From assembly GCA_040005235.1 (NCBI GenBank), contig JBDTZG010000013.1, forward strand, positions 45,048 to 109,047: a DNA stretch of 64,000 nt, given 5' to 3'. A model generated the notes under the pieces. That model was given only the letters and a program-made list of their open reading frames with translations, searched no databases and had not been told where the DNA came from. The position numbers and the translations under genes are program-made. Below, piece after piece: positions 1-9,133 of the stretch (its first letter is position 1; each line of letters opens with the position of its first letter). The DNA is from Acidobacteriota bacterium (GTDB lineage Bacteria; Acidobacteriota; Thermoanaerobaculia; Multivoradales; UBA5704).

Positions 1-2383
1 GAGACCGGGTGTAGAGGCTGCCCGCGACCGCCTCGCCGCGGAATTCGACGAACGACCCGGGACCGAAGATCTCCGAACCTTTTTCGCCCCCTTCTACGTA
101 GATCGGCACCTCCTTGCCGGTCCGCGCCGCGGTGAGCGAGAGGCGGGCGAGGTTGGCTCCGGCAAAGTCGATTCCCGCGGCGCGAAGCTCTTCGTAGGTC
201 ACGCGGTAGAGGCCGTCGGCATCGACCCGCAGCTCGGCGGCGGGAACGCTCGCGACGCGGCTTTGCGCCCGGCGGTCGTCCTCGGCCGAGGCGGCGATCT
301 CGGCATGCACAGTCGCCCAGTCGATCGGCTCGGCGGCCGAGGGCCGGCCGTAAGGCCGATCCAGCGCGAACGGTCCGTGGCGGGTCCGACCGCCGTCGAG
401 GCCCGCGTCTTCGAGCAGCAGCTCGGTCCACCCGCCGTCGGGAAGAACCCGTCGATAACTCTGCGGCGCCAGCCGGTCGAGCGAACGGGCGGGCAGCAGC
501 TTCGGCGTCAGCGGTTGCCACGCGTCCTTCGGCCCCTTGCGGCCGAGCAGCGCATAGCCGACGGTCGAGGTCTCGGTTTCGGTGGTCCATTCGACCTCGA
601 TCCCGCGGGTGGTCCGGGCGGCGGAAAACGACGCCACGCTCACGGGGAGCGTGCTGACCGGGATCTGATAGTCCTCGACCTCGCCGCTGGTCGCGACGCC
701 GACCGGCGTGGTCACCTCGGCCGCGGTGTACGAAGTCCGGAACCGGGCGTAGGTCGCGGTCGTCCCTCCGGCGTTGCTCGGCACAGCGCTCCAGGTGACG
801 TTGAACGCGGTGGGGGTCGAGGTATTGGCCGGCACGGTCACGGTGCCGGAGATCTCGTTGGCGTCGAGGAAATCGCCGTCGCGGTTCCAGTCGATGTAGC
901 CGACCAGCGAGCCTGCCGTGGTGGTCGAAAGATTCACCGCGGTGACGCTCACCGTATAGCTCGTCGAAGGAGAAGCGTAGGCGGGGAACGAAGCGAGGCC
1001 GTCCTCGTCGTCGACGCCGCCCACCTGGGTCGTGTCGTCGGTGGTGGCCGCGGCGCCCGCCTGGCCGTCCGCCTCGCCGTCGGGCGGGTTGGTGCCGAGA
1101 TAGAGGGTCCGGTCGCCGATCGCGTGGCGCGCGCCGCCCGCGAGCAGCGTGCCGTAGCTGTTCGGCGCGTCGCCGTAGTCGTAACCACAGAAGACGAAGT
1201 CGCTGATCCCGACGACCATGAACTGGTTTTCGTTTGCCGGATCGTCGCCCTGGGTGTAGTTCAGGGTGATCGAGGAGACCGCGCCGGTAAACGCCACGTC
1301 CAGGTTTCCGGTCGTCGTGTTCTGCGCCGCCGACGCGTCCCCTTCGGCGAGATCGCCGGCCAGTTGCGCGTTGCCCCCCGCCACCGCCGCGATGGTGTAG
1401 GGAACCCGGTTGCCGGACGGTCCGGTCCCCACCACCTCGATCTGGTCCTCCCAGCTCCCGCCCGTGATGTCGACGTCCAGGAAGGTGAAGCGTAGATCCC
1501 GCACCGGACGGGAAAAACTGAGCGTCGAAACCAGGCCCACCCCTTCGTTGTCCTGGGTTCCGGCCGCCGCCGCCGCATCCATCGACAGCGAGTAATAGCC
1601 GGTGTGGTTGCCGTTGATCGTCGTGCGGGTGAGCACCCCGTTGCCGAGGGTGCCCGCGGCTGTTGCGCCCGTGCCCGCAAAATCGCTGGTCGCCCCTTGG
1701 GTGATGGTCAGATCGCCCACCGTCGCGTTGGTAAACGGCACGACGCTGCCGTTCGCACCCCAGTCGTAGGTCACGGTCCCGGTGCAAACGGAGGTCGCCG
1801 CCGCGGTGCTCACCAGCGTGAGGTACGCCCGATTGAAGGTGCCGTTGGTCGCGTTGTTGTTGATGTCGCAGATGTTGAGCGTCCAGGTCCCGCTGCTCGC
1901 CACGCCGGAAAAAGCGGTGTCGATGTTGGCAACCGGCACGATCCGATTGAAGAAAGGCGCCGCGGTCGGATCGACGTCGGTGTCGGCGAGCGTCCCTTCG
2001 GTGTTGGACGAAAGAAGGATGTCGAAGTTGTCCTGCGTATCGCCGCCCCCGCCCGCCGTGCCCGCGATGAGCTGCAGGGCGGTGCCGCTCGGCGACACTA
2101 GAGTGAGCCGTACGTCGCCGCGGTTGGCGTGGTCGATGTTGAAACCGAGACCGACCCGAGACACCGAAAACGAGTCCGAGACGGAAAACGTCCGCACCAG
2201 CGGGGTGGCGCAGCCCGCGGCCCCCGCCGCCGCGGCGGAAAAGCTCACGGCTCCGGACGTGGCGTTGGTGTAGGTATAGGTCAGGGCCTCGGCCGGACCG
2301 TCGATCAGGCCGAAAGCACCGAGGAGAATCGTCGCGGAAGTGAGACCGCGGAAGGTTGCGAAGCGGGAAAATCGGATCGACAT
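1..2383 (-). CDS. Large secreted protein: proprotein-convertase P-domain, GEVED domain and start of a C25 (gingipain-like) peptidase region; runs off the window's left edge
   Basis: Not in the ORF track because it is open at the edge. Manual translation from ATG 2383 (RBS GAGGTG): signal peptide MSIRFSRFATFRGLTSATILLGAFG..., P-domain-like FNIDHANRGDVRLTLVSPSGT, GEVED-like YIDWNRDGDFLD...YARFR...GEVEDY, then LPVSVASF and ELRVDADGLYRVTYEELRAAG typical of C25 N-terminal regions. Confidence 0.75.
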   Translation of the reverse strand, partial: MSIRFSRFATFRGLTSATILLGAFGLIDGPAEALTYTYTNATSGAVSFSAAAAGAAGCATPLVRTFSVSDSFSVSRVGLGFNIDHANRGDVRLTLVSPSGTALQLIAGTAGGGGDTQDNFDILLSSNTEGTLADTDVDPTAAPFFNRIVPVANIDTAFSGVASSGTWTLNICDINNNATNGTFNRAYLTLVSTAAATSVCTGTVTYDWGANGSVVPFTNATVGDLTITQGATSDFAGTGATAAGTLGNGVLTRTTINGNHTGYYSLSMDAAAAAGTQDNEGVGLVSTLSFSRPVRDLRFTFLDVDITGGSWEDQIEVVGTGPSGNRVPYTIAAVAGGNAQLAGDLAEGDASAAQNTTTGNLDVAFTGAVSSITLNYTQGDDPANENQFMVVGISDFVFCGYDYGDAPNSYGTLLAGGARHAIGDRTLYLGTNPPDGEADGQAGAAATTDDTTQVGGVDDEDGLASFPAYASPSTSYTVSVTAVNLSTTTAGSLVGYIDWNRDGDFLDANEISGTVTVPANTSTPTAFNVTWSAVPSNAGGTTATYARFRTSYTAAEVTTPVGVATSGEVEDYQIPVSTLPVSVASFSAARTTRGIEVEWTTETETSTVGYALLGRKGPKDAWQPLTPKLLPARSLDRLAPQSYRRVLPDGGWTELLLEDAGLDGGRTRHGPFALDRPYGRPSAAEPIDWATVHAEIAASAEDDRRAQSRVASVPAAELRVDADGLYRVTYEELRAAGIDFAGANLARLSLTAARTGKEVPIYVEGGEKGSEIFGPGSFVEFRGEAVAGSLYTRS

Positions 2384-2407
2384 GTCATCACCTCTTCAAA
2401 AGATCCC

Positions 2408-2584
2408 TCACTGTGCCTTGAAAATAGCGGGATTGCCGCTTTCGCCGACACCGGGCGACGGCCCGAGGGTGAACGTGCGCAAGTCGCCATGAACGATCAA
2501 TCGCGGCGTTTCATACCGGCGCTTGGGCCCCGGGGGGGTGGGTTCGGCAGGTGGCAAAAACACAGAAAACACCAGGTCGGGCAT
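2408..2584 (-). CDS. Lasso peptide precursor (58 aa)
   Basis: MPDLV...KRRYETPRLIVHGDLRTFTL|GPSPGVGESGNPAIFKAQ: YxxPxL leader motif, Thr at -2, core Gly1 and Glu8; RBS GAGGAAGG; 7 bp after the cyclase stop. Confidence 0.85.
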   Translation of the reverse strand: MPDLVFSVFLPPAEPTPPGPKRRYETPRLIVHGDLRTFTLGPSPGVGESGNPAIFKAQ

Positions 2585-2591
2585 ACCTTCC

Positions 2592-4493
2592 TCACTCTCT
2601 CCGGCAGGCCGAGATCTCCCGCTGGGGCACTTCGAAAGCTCCCCGCACTCCGCTATCGAAATACTTTTCAGGCGATCGACGCTGCCAGATTTCGAACGAA
2701 AACGCCAACCAGACCAGCAAACCCGACAAGCCGCATCGCCGCTCCCGCCAGCCGGTCTCCACCCACTCGGGCAAGAGATAATCTCGCCACGCGGCGTTGG
2801 GGTTAAGCAAAATCGCGGCCACCTCGCCGGTTGGATCTGCGTAGACGCCGGAAACGAAGAGATCCTCAAACGTCGCCTTGTCCTGCCGGTCGAGGATCGA
2901 GCCCGGCAGCAGGCCCGACAGGGCTTGCCGCAAGATGGGGCGCGAATTCCCCTGGACGCCGAGGTCCTCGGCCGGCAAACCCAAAAACAGCTCGATCACC
3001 CGTCGATCGCGCATCGGGTGCCGCACCTCGATCCCCAGGGGGTCGCAGTAGTAACGCTCGATCGAGAGCCCGTGGCCGTTCTGCGCGCCGAGCAAGCTGC
3101 GCGCCTGCGCCGGGCGCGGGTACTCGGCCGCCCAGCCGTCGCGCTCGATCGGCTCGGGCAGGAGAGCGAGCGAGCTTTCGGTCAGCCAGGCAAAGCGCTC
3201 CGCTTTACGCCGGGCGGCCCGCTCCAGCCGCAATCGATCCGGGAGCAGCGCGCCGAGCGCCTGCCGTAGCGCGCCGTCGCCGGCGCGGAACCGGCGCCAC
3301 AGCTCGCCCGCGGCGGCCCCAAAACGCCCGGCCCGCAACGTTTCCTTCAATCGGTACTCGGCGCCGCCGTAGAGCTGATCTCCGCACAGGCCGGACAGAA
3401 GCACGGGGCTGCCAATCCGCTGGGCGGCCTCGTAGGCCCGCTGGTGGAAGTGCCGGTAGGCGTTTTGCTCCGGCGTCGCCGGATGGGTCGGCCAAGACGC
3501 GAGATCGGCGAGCGGCAGCTCGTCGTCGCACGGCAGGCGGTGCAGCTCGAGATTCAGCGCGCGCTCCAGCACCGACAGGTGCCGGCTTTCGTCGGCCCGC
3601 GGATGGCGGGGAAAAACCCAAGAGAGCGCCCGCAGCCGATCCCCCGCGGGAAGCGCCCGCTGCGCCAAGGCGGCAATCGGAGCCGAATCGAGGCCGCCGG
3701 ACAAGAGGACCGCGGGCCGGCCTGCCGATCGAAGGCGGCAGCGGACGGCGAGGTCGAGACGGTGGCGCAGCTCTTCGGCGCGCTCCTCCGGCCGCCTCTT
3801 CAGAAGCCCGGCGGCCGGCCGCGGCCGGGAAAGCCTCTCGCTGCGCGCGCGGTCATCGCGCACGATCAGGATCTCGCCCGGCTCAAGTTGCCGCACGCCC
3901 TGGTAGAAAGTACGACCGGGCTCAGGGTCTTCGAGCGAAAAGTACGCCGCGACCCGGGTCCGGTCGAGCGCCATCTCGCGGCCCAGCGTCGCCGCCACGG
4001 CCCCTTCTTCGGAAGCCGCGAGCAACCGGCGATCGTCGAGCGCCACGGCGAGGTTGCGGCCGCCCAGGGCGTCGCGGGCCAGGATCGCCTCCCGCCGCGT
4101 CGCATCCCAGATCGCGATCGCGAACGGCCCGAGCAGGCGTTCGAATCCGGCGATCCCCCAAGCGGCAAAGACGGCGGCGGCGAGCCGCGCGTCGCTTACC
4201 TTCCGAAGCGGACCCGGAGAATCCGGCAACGCGCGCCACAGCGTCTCCCGGTCGTCGATCCGGCCGTCGAAAGCCAGCCATGCTCGCCAATGTCCGGGAA
4301 CCGGTATCGGCTGGTGCTCCCCCAACTCTTCCGGCGTGGTCCAGAAATGAAGGTGGCCCAGAACGCCACCGGCACCCCCGGCGGTGTCCAGGCCCTCCCG
4401 ACCCCGATGAGCCATGTGGCCCAGCAGCCGCTCAAGGATTGCGGGAAGAAGCTCCGCGCCCTGGCGTGCCATCGCGAGACCGAGCGCGCTCAT
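2592..4493 (-). CDS. Asparagine synthetase-like lasso peptide cyclase (C protein)
   Basis: 633 aa; Ntn-like N-terminus without the catalytic Cys, FDGRIDDR, PP-loop LLSGGLDS, LSGLCGDQL, RHPMRDRRVIE; adjacent to the lasso precursor. Confidence 0.85.
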   Translation of the reverse strand: MSALGLAMARQGAELLPAILERLLGHMAHRGREGLDTAGGAGGVLGHLHFWTTPEELGEHQPIPVPGHWRAWLAFDGRIDDRETLWRALPDSPGPLRKVSDARLAAAVFAAWGIAGFERLLGPFAIAIWDATRREAILARDALGGRNLAVALDDRRLLAASEEGAVAATLGREMALDRTRVAAYFSLEDPEPGRTFYQGVRQLEPGEILIVRDDRARSERLSRPRPAAGLLKRRPEERAEELRHRLDLAVRCRLRSAGRPAVLLSGGLDSAPIAALAQRALPAGDRLRALSWVFPRHPRADESRHLSVLERALNLELHRLPCDDELPLADLASWPTHPATPEQNAYRHFHQRAYEAAQRIGSPVLLSGLCGDQLYGGAEYRLKETLRAGRFGAAAGELWRRFRAGDGALRQALGALLPDRLRLERAARRKAERFAWLTESSLALLPEPIERDGWAAEYPRPAQARSLLGAQNGHGLSIERYYCDPLGIEVRHPMRDRRVIELFLGLPAEDLGVQGNSRPILRQALSGLLPGSILDRQDKATFEDLFVSGVYADPTGEVAAILLNPNAAWRDYLLPEWVETGWRERRCGLSGLLVWLAFSFEIWQRRSPEKYFDSGVRGAFEVPQREISACRRE

Positions 4494-4728
4494 TTGATTT
4501 TACCTCTTCGCGTATCGTCATTTTCTCCCCAACGAAGAATCGATCATAGCAGATTCCCCGCCCGCCCTTTTCCGCCCGCCCAAGATTTCCTCACCCAAAA
4601 GGAGAGAAATCCCCACCCTGAAGCGAGCCACCCTCCGGCGAGGGGGGTCCCACGCCTAATGAGGTTCTTGAGGAATCCCGGCGAAATTAACCTTCACCCA
4701 TCAACGCCGCTTACCCCAGGAGGACGCC

Positions 4729-6525
4729 ATGAGACTCAGGATGCTCCAGCCGGCCGTCAACTCTTCGCCGAATTCACACGGCGCGACCCTCGCCGCGAGG
4801 GTGCGGAAAACCCTTTCGGCCACCGCTCTCTTCTGTACGCTCGGAGCCCTGCTCCTGGCAGGCGCCGTCGGGGCCCAGATGGGAACCGGCCCGTTCGCCG
4901 CCTTTCCCTCGCAGAGCACCGTGGACTCGCGCTTCCTCTCCTTCGGTTGCAGCGGGCCCGAGACGATGGAGCAAGCCACGCGGATTTCGCTCGCCGCTCC
5001 GGAGTCCAACGTCTCCTTCGAGCTCAACGTGTTCGACGGCGACACTGCGCGGGTCGACGCGGAGAGCAACCGGCACTGGGATCTCGGCAGCCGGCAGGTG
5101 AAGCTCTCCCTCTACGCCGATCCCCTCCGCTCGGGCGACACCTCGCCGGAAAACCTGATCGGCGAATGGTTCGGCAACGATGAGAACGCCACCGGCGGCG
5201 TTCTTTGGACGGCGTCCGCCGCTACCATGCCGGACAACGACTGGTGGGCCGTTTCGATCACCAACGCAACTCTCGCCCAGGCTCCCAGCGGCAACTACTT
5301 TTACAACCTGGTGATTCAAACCGACGGCGATTGCGCCTCGAACGAGCAGCTGGAGAGCAACCTCAAGCTCGCGGTCTCCTCGCCGGTGACTTTCCAACTT
5401 TCTCGCTTCAGCCTGGTCGGTGAGATCTGCCAATCGACGGACGACGGAGCCCTCGTTCATCCCGGCTCCTCGGCGGTGACTCCGCAGAACGCCGATCCAG
5501 TGGCGGTGACCTACGACGGCAGCTTCGAGCTCTTCTTCCCCGTGGCCGCCGCCCAGGCCGAGCTGCGCCTGTTCGACGGCGACTTCGATTTCGGCACCGA
5601 CGCGCTGACCGCGAGTCCTTCGGAAGTCGGATTGGACGCCTGCGTCGACACCGACGATCCGGACACCGACTCGGGCTATGTGGACTTTCCGTTTCTCACC
5701 CCCGGCGCCTTGGCAGAGGGAGCCGCGGGTCCAGGTTCGCCTGCAGACGACAACTCTTCCGACGACCTTCGCCGGGGAGAGCCGGGCGACCCCAACGGCA
5801 TCGGCTGCGTCCGCTATGAAGTGACCGACCCGGAAAGCAACGTCTATTCCAACCCCAACCCCTCCGGCACCCAGGAATGGGAGCAGTTCCTGATTGCCGG
5901 CTCTTCCTCGGCTTACACCGCAAGCGCCGACCAGGTCTATGGCGGCGCCACCCTGCCCGGCGGGATTTGGACGATCAAGATCGTCGGCTTGGACATGTCG
6001 AATCCAGTGCTCTGGAACGCGTCCTCGGTCTGCTCGACCCGACCCGCCCGCGAAGCTCTGCCCGCTGAGGATCCGAACGACGTGCCGCGGATGGCGGCCT
6101 GCCCCAACGTACCGACCTACCTGATGGGGGGATTCGTTTGGGCGGATGACGACGGCCACGGAAAGATGGACCCCAAAGAGAAAGGAATCGCCGGTGTGTT
6201 GGTCGATCTGGTTCGCCCGAGCGATGGTGCGGTGATCGCTTCGTCCCGGACCGGCGATACGACGAACCCCAACTGGGAGTCATGCCTGGCGAACTTCCAG
6301 GCCGCCAACGTCCAGGGCCTGGCCTGCTTCGGAGTAGACATTGCAGCCGAGTACGAAATGCGGATTGCGAAAGCCAACTTCGCAGCGGGCCAGCCGCTCT
6401 CCGGCAAGATTTCGACGACTGGCGGAGAGACCGAAATGCGCTCATTGACCGCCGGCAACTCCATGTACAGCAGCTTCGGTTACCAAGACGCCGACTTCGG
6501 CACGGTCGGACCGACCTGCCCCTGA
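4729..6525 (+). CDS. Secreted acidic protein with C-terminal SdrD-B-like domain
   Basis: 598 aa; RBS AGGAGG; signal peptide; C-terminal GGFVWADDDGHGKMDPKEKGIAGVLVDL matches the SdrD_B pattern; N-terminal ~430 aa paralogous to the next gene. Confidence 0.7.
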   Translation: MRLRMLQPAVNSSPNSHGATLAARVRKTLSATALFCTLGALLLAGAVGAQMGTGPFAAFPSQSTVDSRFLSFGCSGPETMEQATRISLAAPESNVSFELNVFDGDTARVDAESNRHWDLGSRQVKLSLYADPLRSGDTSPENLIGEWFGNDENATGGVLWTASAATMPDNDWWAVSITNATLAQAPSGNYFYNLVIQTDGDCASNEQLESNLKLAVSSPVTFQLSRFSLVGEICQSTDDGALVHPGSSAVTPQNADPVAVTYDGSFELFFPVAAAQAELRLFDGDFDFGTDALTASPSEVGLDACVDTDDPDTDSGYVDFPFLTPGALAEGAAGPGSPADDNSSDDLRRGEPGDPNGIGCVRYEVTDPESNVYSNPNPSGTQEWEQFLIAGSSSAYTASADQVYGGATLPGGIWTIKIVGLDMSNPVLWNASSVCSTRPAREALPAEDPNDVPRMAACPNVPTYLMGGFVWADDDGHGKMDPKEKGIAGVLVDLVRPSDGAVIASSRTGDTTNPNWESCLANFQAANVQGLACFGVDIAAEYEMRIAKANFAAGQPLSGKISTTGGETEMRSLTAGNSMYSSFGYQDADFGTVGPTCP

Positions 6526-6613
6526 GTAAAAACCGCTTTTTCGTCCCTTTCTTTCCTTCCCTACTCTGACCTGATCCGTGATGCCCCAGGGCATCGCAGA
6601 GAGGACTCTTGTC

Positions 6614-7981
6614 ATGAACGCCTACGGAAAAATCGCTCGGATCGTCTTCGCTTCGGCTCTCCCACTTCTGATGGGTGGCGGTGCTCTCACCGCTCAGCAG
6701 GGCACCGGACCGTTCGCCTCCTTCCCGACCCAGAGCGTCAAGGACGGCCGGTTCCTCGGTTTCGCCTGCGCGGGTCTTTCGACTTTGGAACAAGACGTTC
6801 GGATCATGCTGGCCGCGCCCGGGTCGACAGCGAGCTTCGATCTCGACCTCTTCGACGGCGAGACCGGCGGCCTCGACGGCTCGGGGAAGAAGCACTGGGA
6901 TCTCGGCACCCGTCCGCTGAAGTTCTCGCTCTATGCCGACCCGCTGCGTGCGCGCACCCTCTCCCCGGCCAACTTGATCGGCGAGTGGTACGGCAATTCG
7001 GAGAACGCGACCAGCGGCCAGGATTGGACCTCCTCGACGGCGACGATGCCGGACAACGACTGGTGGAATCTCCACGTTTCCACCTCGGCGATCGCCCAGG
7101 CATCGAGCGGCAACTATCAGTACCTCCTGGTGGTCGACACCGACGGCGCCTGCGCGGCGGGCGAGCAGCTGGAAAGCAATTTGAAGATCGCGACCTCCTA
7201 TCCGGTGACCTTCAGCCTTCCTCATTTCGGGTTGGTCGCGGCCATGCGCCAGACGGTCAACGACCTTCCGATCATCTATCCGGGTTCTACTTCCGCGGCT
7301 CCGTTGACCGGCAGCTTCATGACCGCGCCCACGACCTATGACGGCACGTTCGAGTTCTACTTCGAGCTGGCGGACGGAGCGACCGAACTGCCACTCTTTG
7401 ACGGCGATTTCGACTACGGGACCAGCATTCTGCTCGGCACACCTTCCGGCGTGGCGTTGGACTCATGCGCCGATACGGACGACCCGGGCACGGCGTCTAA
7501 TTACGCCGACTTCCCCTTCGTTCCGACGGGCGTTGTTCCGGAAGGTTCGCAAGGTTCGGGGGTTCCGCCGGACGACAGCTACCGCGACGCCTTCCGGCGG
7601 GGCGAGCCGGGCGATCCGAACCAAGTGGGTTGCGTCCGCTACGAAGTGACCGATCCGGAAAGCCACGTCTACTTTAACGACAACCCCTCGGGCAGCGTCG
7701 AATGGGAGCAATTCCTGATCGTCAGCACGTCCTCGCCGTTCCTCGGCCAGGCCGACGCGGTCTATACCGGCGCGACGCTTCCCGCCGGAATCTGGAAGGT
7801 CAAGATCCTTGGGCTCGACCTGGACAACATGAATTTCTGGTACGCCACGACCTGCGCGACGCGTCCGACGCGCAATCCGGAGCCGGGAGAGGACCCGGAC
7901 GACGTGCCCCGGGTCGCCGCCTGTCCGGACTTGTTGGGCGAGCAGCCGGCCAGTTTCGGCGCGCCGAATGCAAAGAAGTAG
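6614..7981 (+). CDS. Secreted hypothetical protein, tandem paralogue of 4729..6525 without the SdrD-B domain
   Basis: Shared blocks GTGPFA, HWDLG, TMPDNDWW, EQLESNLK, RRGEPGDPN, GCVRYEVTDPES, WEQFLI; RBS GAGGA before ATG 6614. Confidence 0.75.
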   Translation: MNAYGKIARIVFASALPLLMGGGALTAQQGTGPFASFPTQSVKDGRFLGFACAGLSTLEQDVRIMLAAPGSTASFDLDLFDGETGGLDGSGKKHWDLGTRPLKFSLYADPLRARTLSPANLIGEWYGNSENATSGQDWTSSTATMPDNDWWNLHVSTSAIAQASSGNYQYLLVVDTDGACAAGEQLESNLKIATSYPVTFSLPHFGLVAAMRQTVNDLPIIYPGSTSAAPLTGSFMTAPTTYDGTFEFYFELADGATELPLFDGDFDYGTSILLGTPSGVALDSCADTDDPGTASNYADFPFVPTGVVPEGSQGSGVPPDDSYRDAFRRGEPGDPNQVGCVRYEVTDPESHVYFNDNPSGSVEWEQFLIVSTSSPFLGQADAVYTGATLPAGIWKVKILGLDLDNMNFWYATTCATRPTRNPEPGEDPDDVPRVAACPDLLGEQPASFGAPNAKK

Positions 7982-7999
7982 AGACCAAGGAGATTCAAA

Positions 8000-9091
8000 G
8001 TGATCGACTCCCAGGTAGGTACGCTGCAAACGGCGCTGAACGTGAGCTCCCTGCCGGCCGGACTGGCCGCCCGCTTGGCGACGGTTTCCGGCCTGGCCGA
8101 AAGGGATGTGGCCGGGCGGTCCCTGGCTTCCCTCCGTCACCGGCTGAGTCCGGTTCTCCAGGCGGACCTGCTGGGTCTGCGGCGGATCGACGGCCGGGTC
8201 GTACGGAAACATCCGGCCACCGGGGCGCTGCAACCGGTTCCCGGGGCCACCGTCCATGTCGAGGACACAGACGGTTCCTTCCTCCTCTATTCGCCGCCGC
8301 AGTGGCCGGACTGGAGCTGGCTCGTGCCTTTCAAAGTCCGCCGCGAAGAGATCGCTATCGCACACACCGACGCGCGCGGGCGGTTCAGCGTCGGCATCCC
8401 GCGTTGGGACGTCGAGGCGATCACCGCCTGGCGACAAGGCCGAATCCGCTTCAGCGACTTCAGCCGGCCGCGCCTTCGCGACGTCGTGAAGGATTTGGAC
8501 GGGTGCTCTTGCGACTCGGCGGAAGCCGCGATCCGGAAGGCCGATTTCCTCGCCCGCTGCCGCAAGCGGCTCGGCCGGCCGCTGGCCCGCCGCATCGAAA
8601 GCCTGCTTCACGAGCAACCGGCCGGGACGGCCGAGGAGATCGAATCGCTGCTCGAAACTCCGATCGCGCCGGAACGTCCCTGCGCTCTCGCTGAGATCGG
8701 TAGGCCCGAGCTTCTGGAGATCCTGAAGGCGGTCGCCGGCGAGCACGGGATCTCCCCCCAGGTCGTCGAGGAAGCGGATTTCGGTCCCTGGATCGGGCCG
8801 CTCTGGCGCGGCAGCCACCTGGTGCTGAAGCTCTGGACCCCCCTTCTCGACGCTCCGGACATCACGTTCCGCGTGACCGGGGACCGAGGCAAAGGGGTGG
8901 ACGAGGAGGTTCTTTACTCCGGGGGATTCTTCGACGTCGCCTGGAACCAGGGCGGGATTCCCGACCTTACGCTCACCGCCTTCCGCGAAGCCCCGGCCCT
9001 TCGCCGAAGCCTCCGGCCGGAGCAAGGACGTCTCCTTGCCCATCGGCCGAAACCCCGGTTCGCAGCGGCCCCGCCCGCGATGGCGGCGTGA
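8000..9091 (+). CDS. Hypothetical protein with carboxypeptidase-regulatory-like beta segment
   Basis: 363 aa ORF; RBS AAGGAG; PVPGATVHVEDTD...TDARGRF motif; co-oriented with the two upstream genes. Confidence 0.6.
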   Translation: MIDSQVGTLQTALNVSSLPAGLAARLATVSGLAERDVAGRSLASLRHRLSPVLQADLLGLRRIDGRVVRKHPATGALQPVPGATVHVEDTDGSFLLYSPPQWPDWSWLVPFKVRREEIAIAHTDARGRFSVGIPRWDVEAITAWRQGRIRFSDFSRPRLRDVVKDLDGCSCDSAEAAIRKADFLARCRKRLGRPLARRIESLLHEQPAGTAEEIESLLETPIAPERPCALAEIGRPELLEILKAVAGEHGISPQVVEEADFGPWIGPLWRGSHLVLKLWTPLLDAPDITFRVTGDRGKGVDEEVLYSGGFFDVAWNQGGIPDLTLTAFREAPALRRSLRPEQGRLLAHRPKPRFAAAPPAMAA

Positions 9092-9133
9092 CCGGCCGCC
9101 GTCCCCGGAGGGCCGGGCTGGATCGTGCCCCGG

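Noticed and set aside
263-2273. Long plus-strand ORFs in the track (also 17657..19636, 29600..31675, and minus-strand 50652..52706, among others)
   Set aside because: Antisense or alternate-frame shadows of real genes, typical of high-GC DNA
2592-4493. Housekeeping asparagine synthetase AsnB
   Set aside because: Lacks the N-terminal catalytic Cys and abuts a lasso precursor
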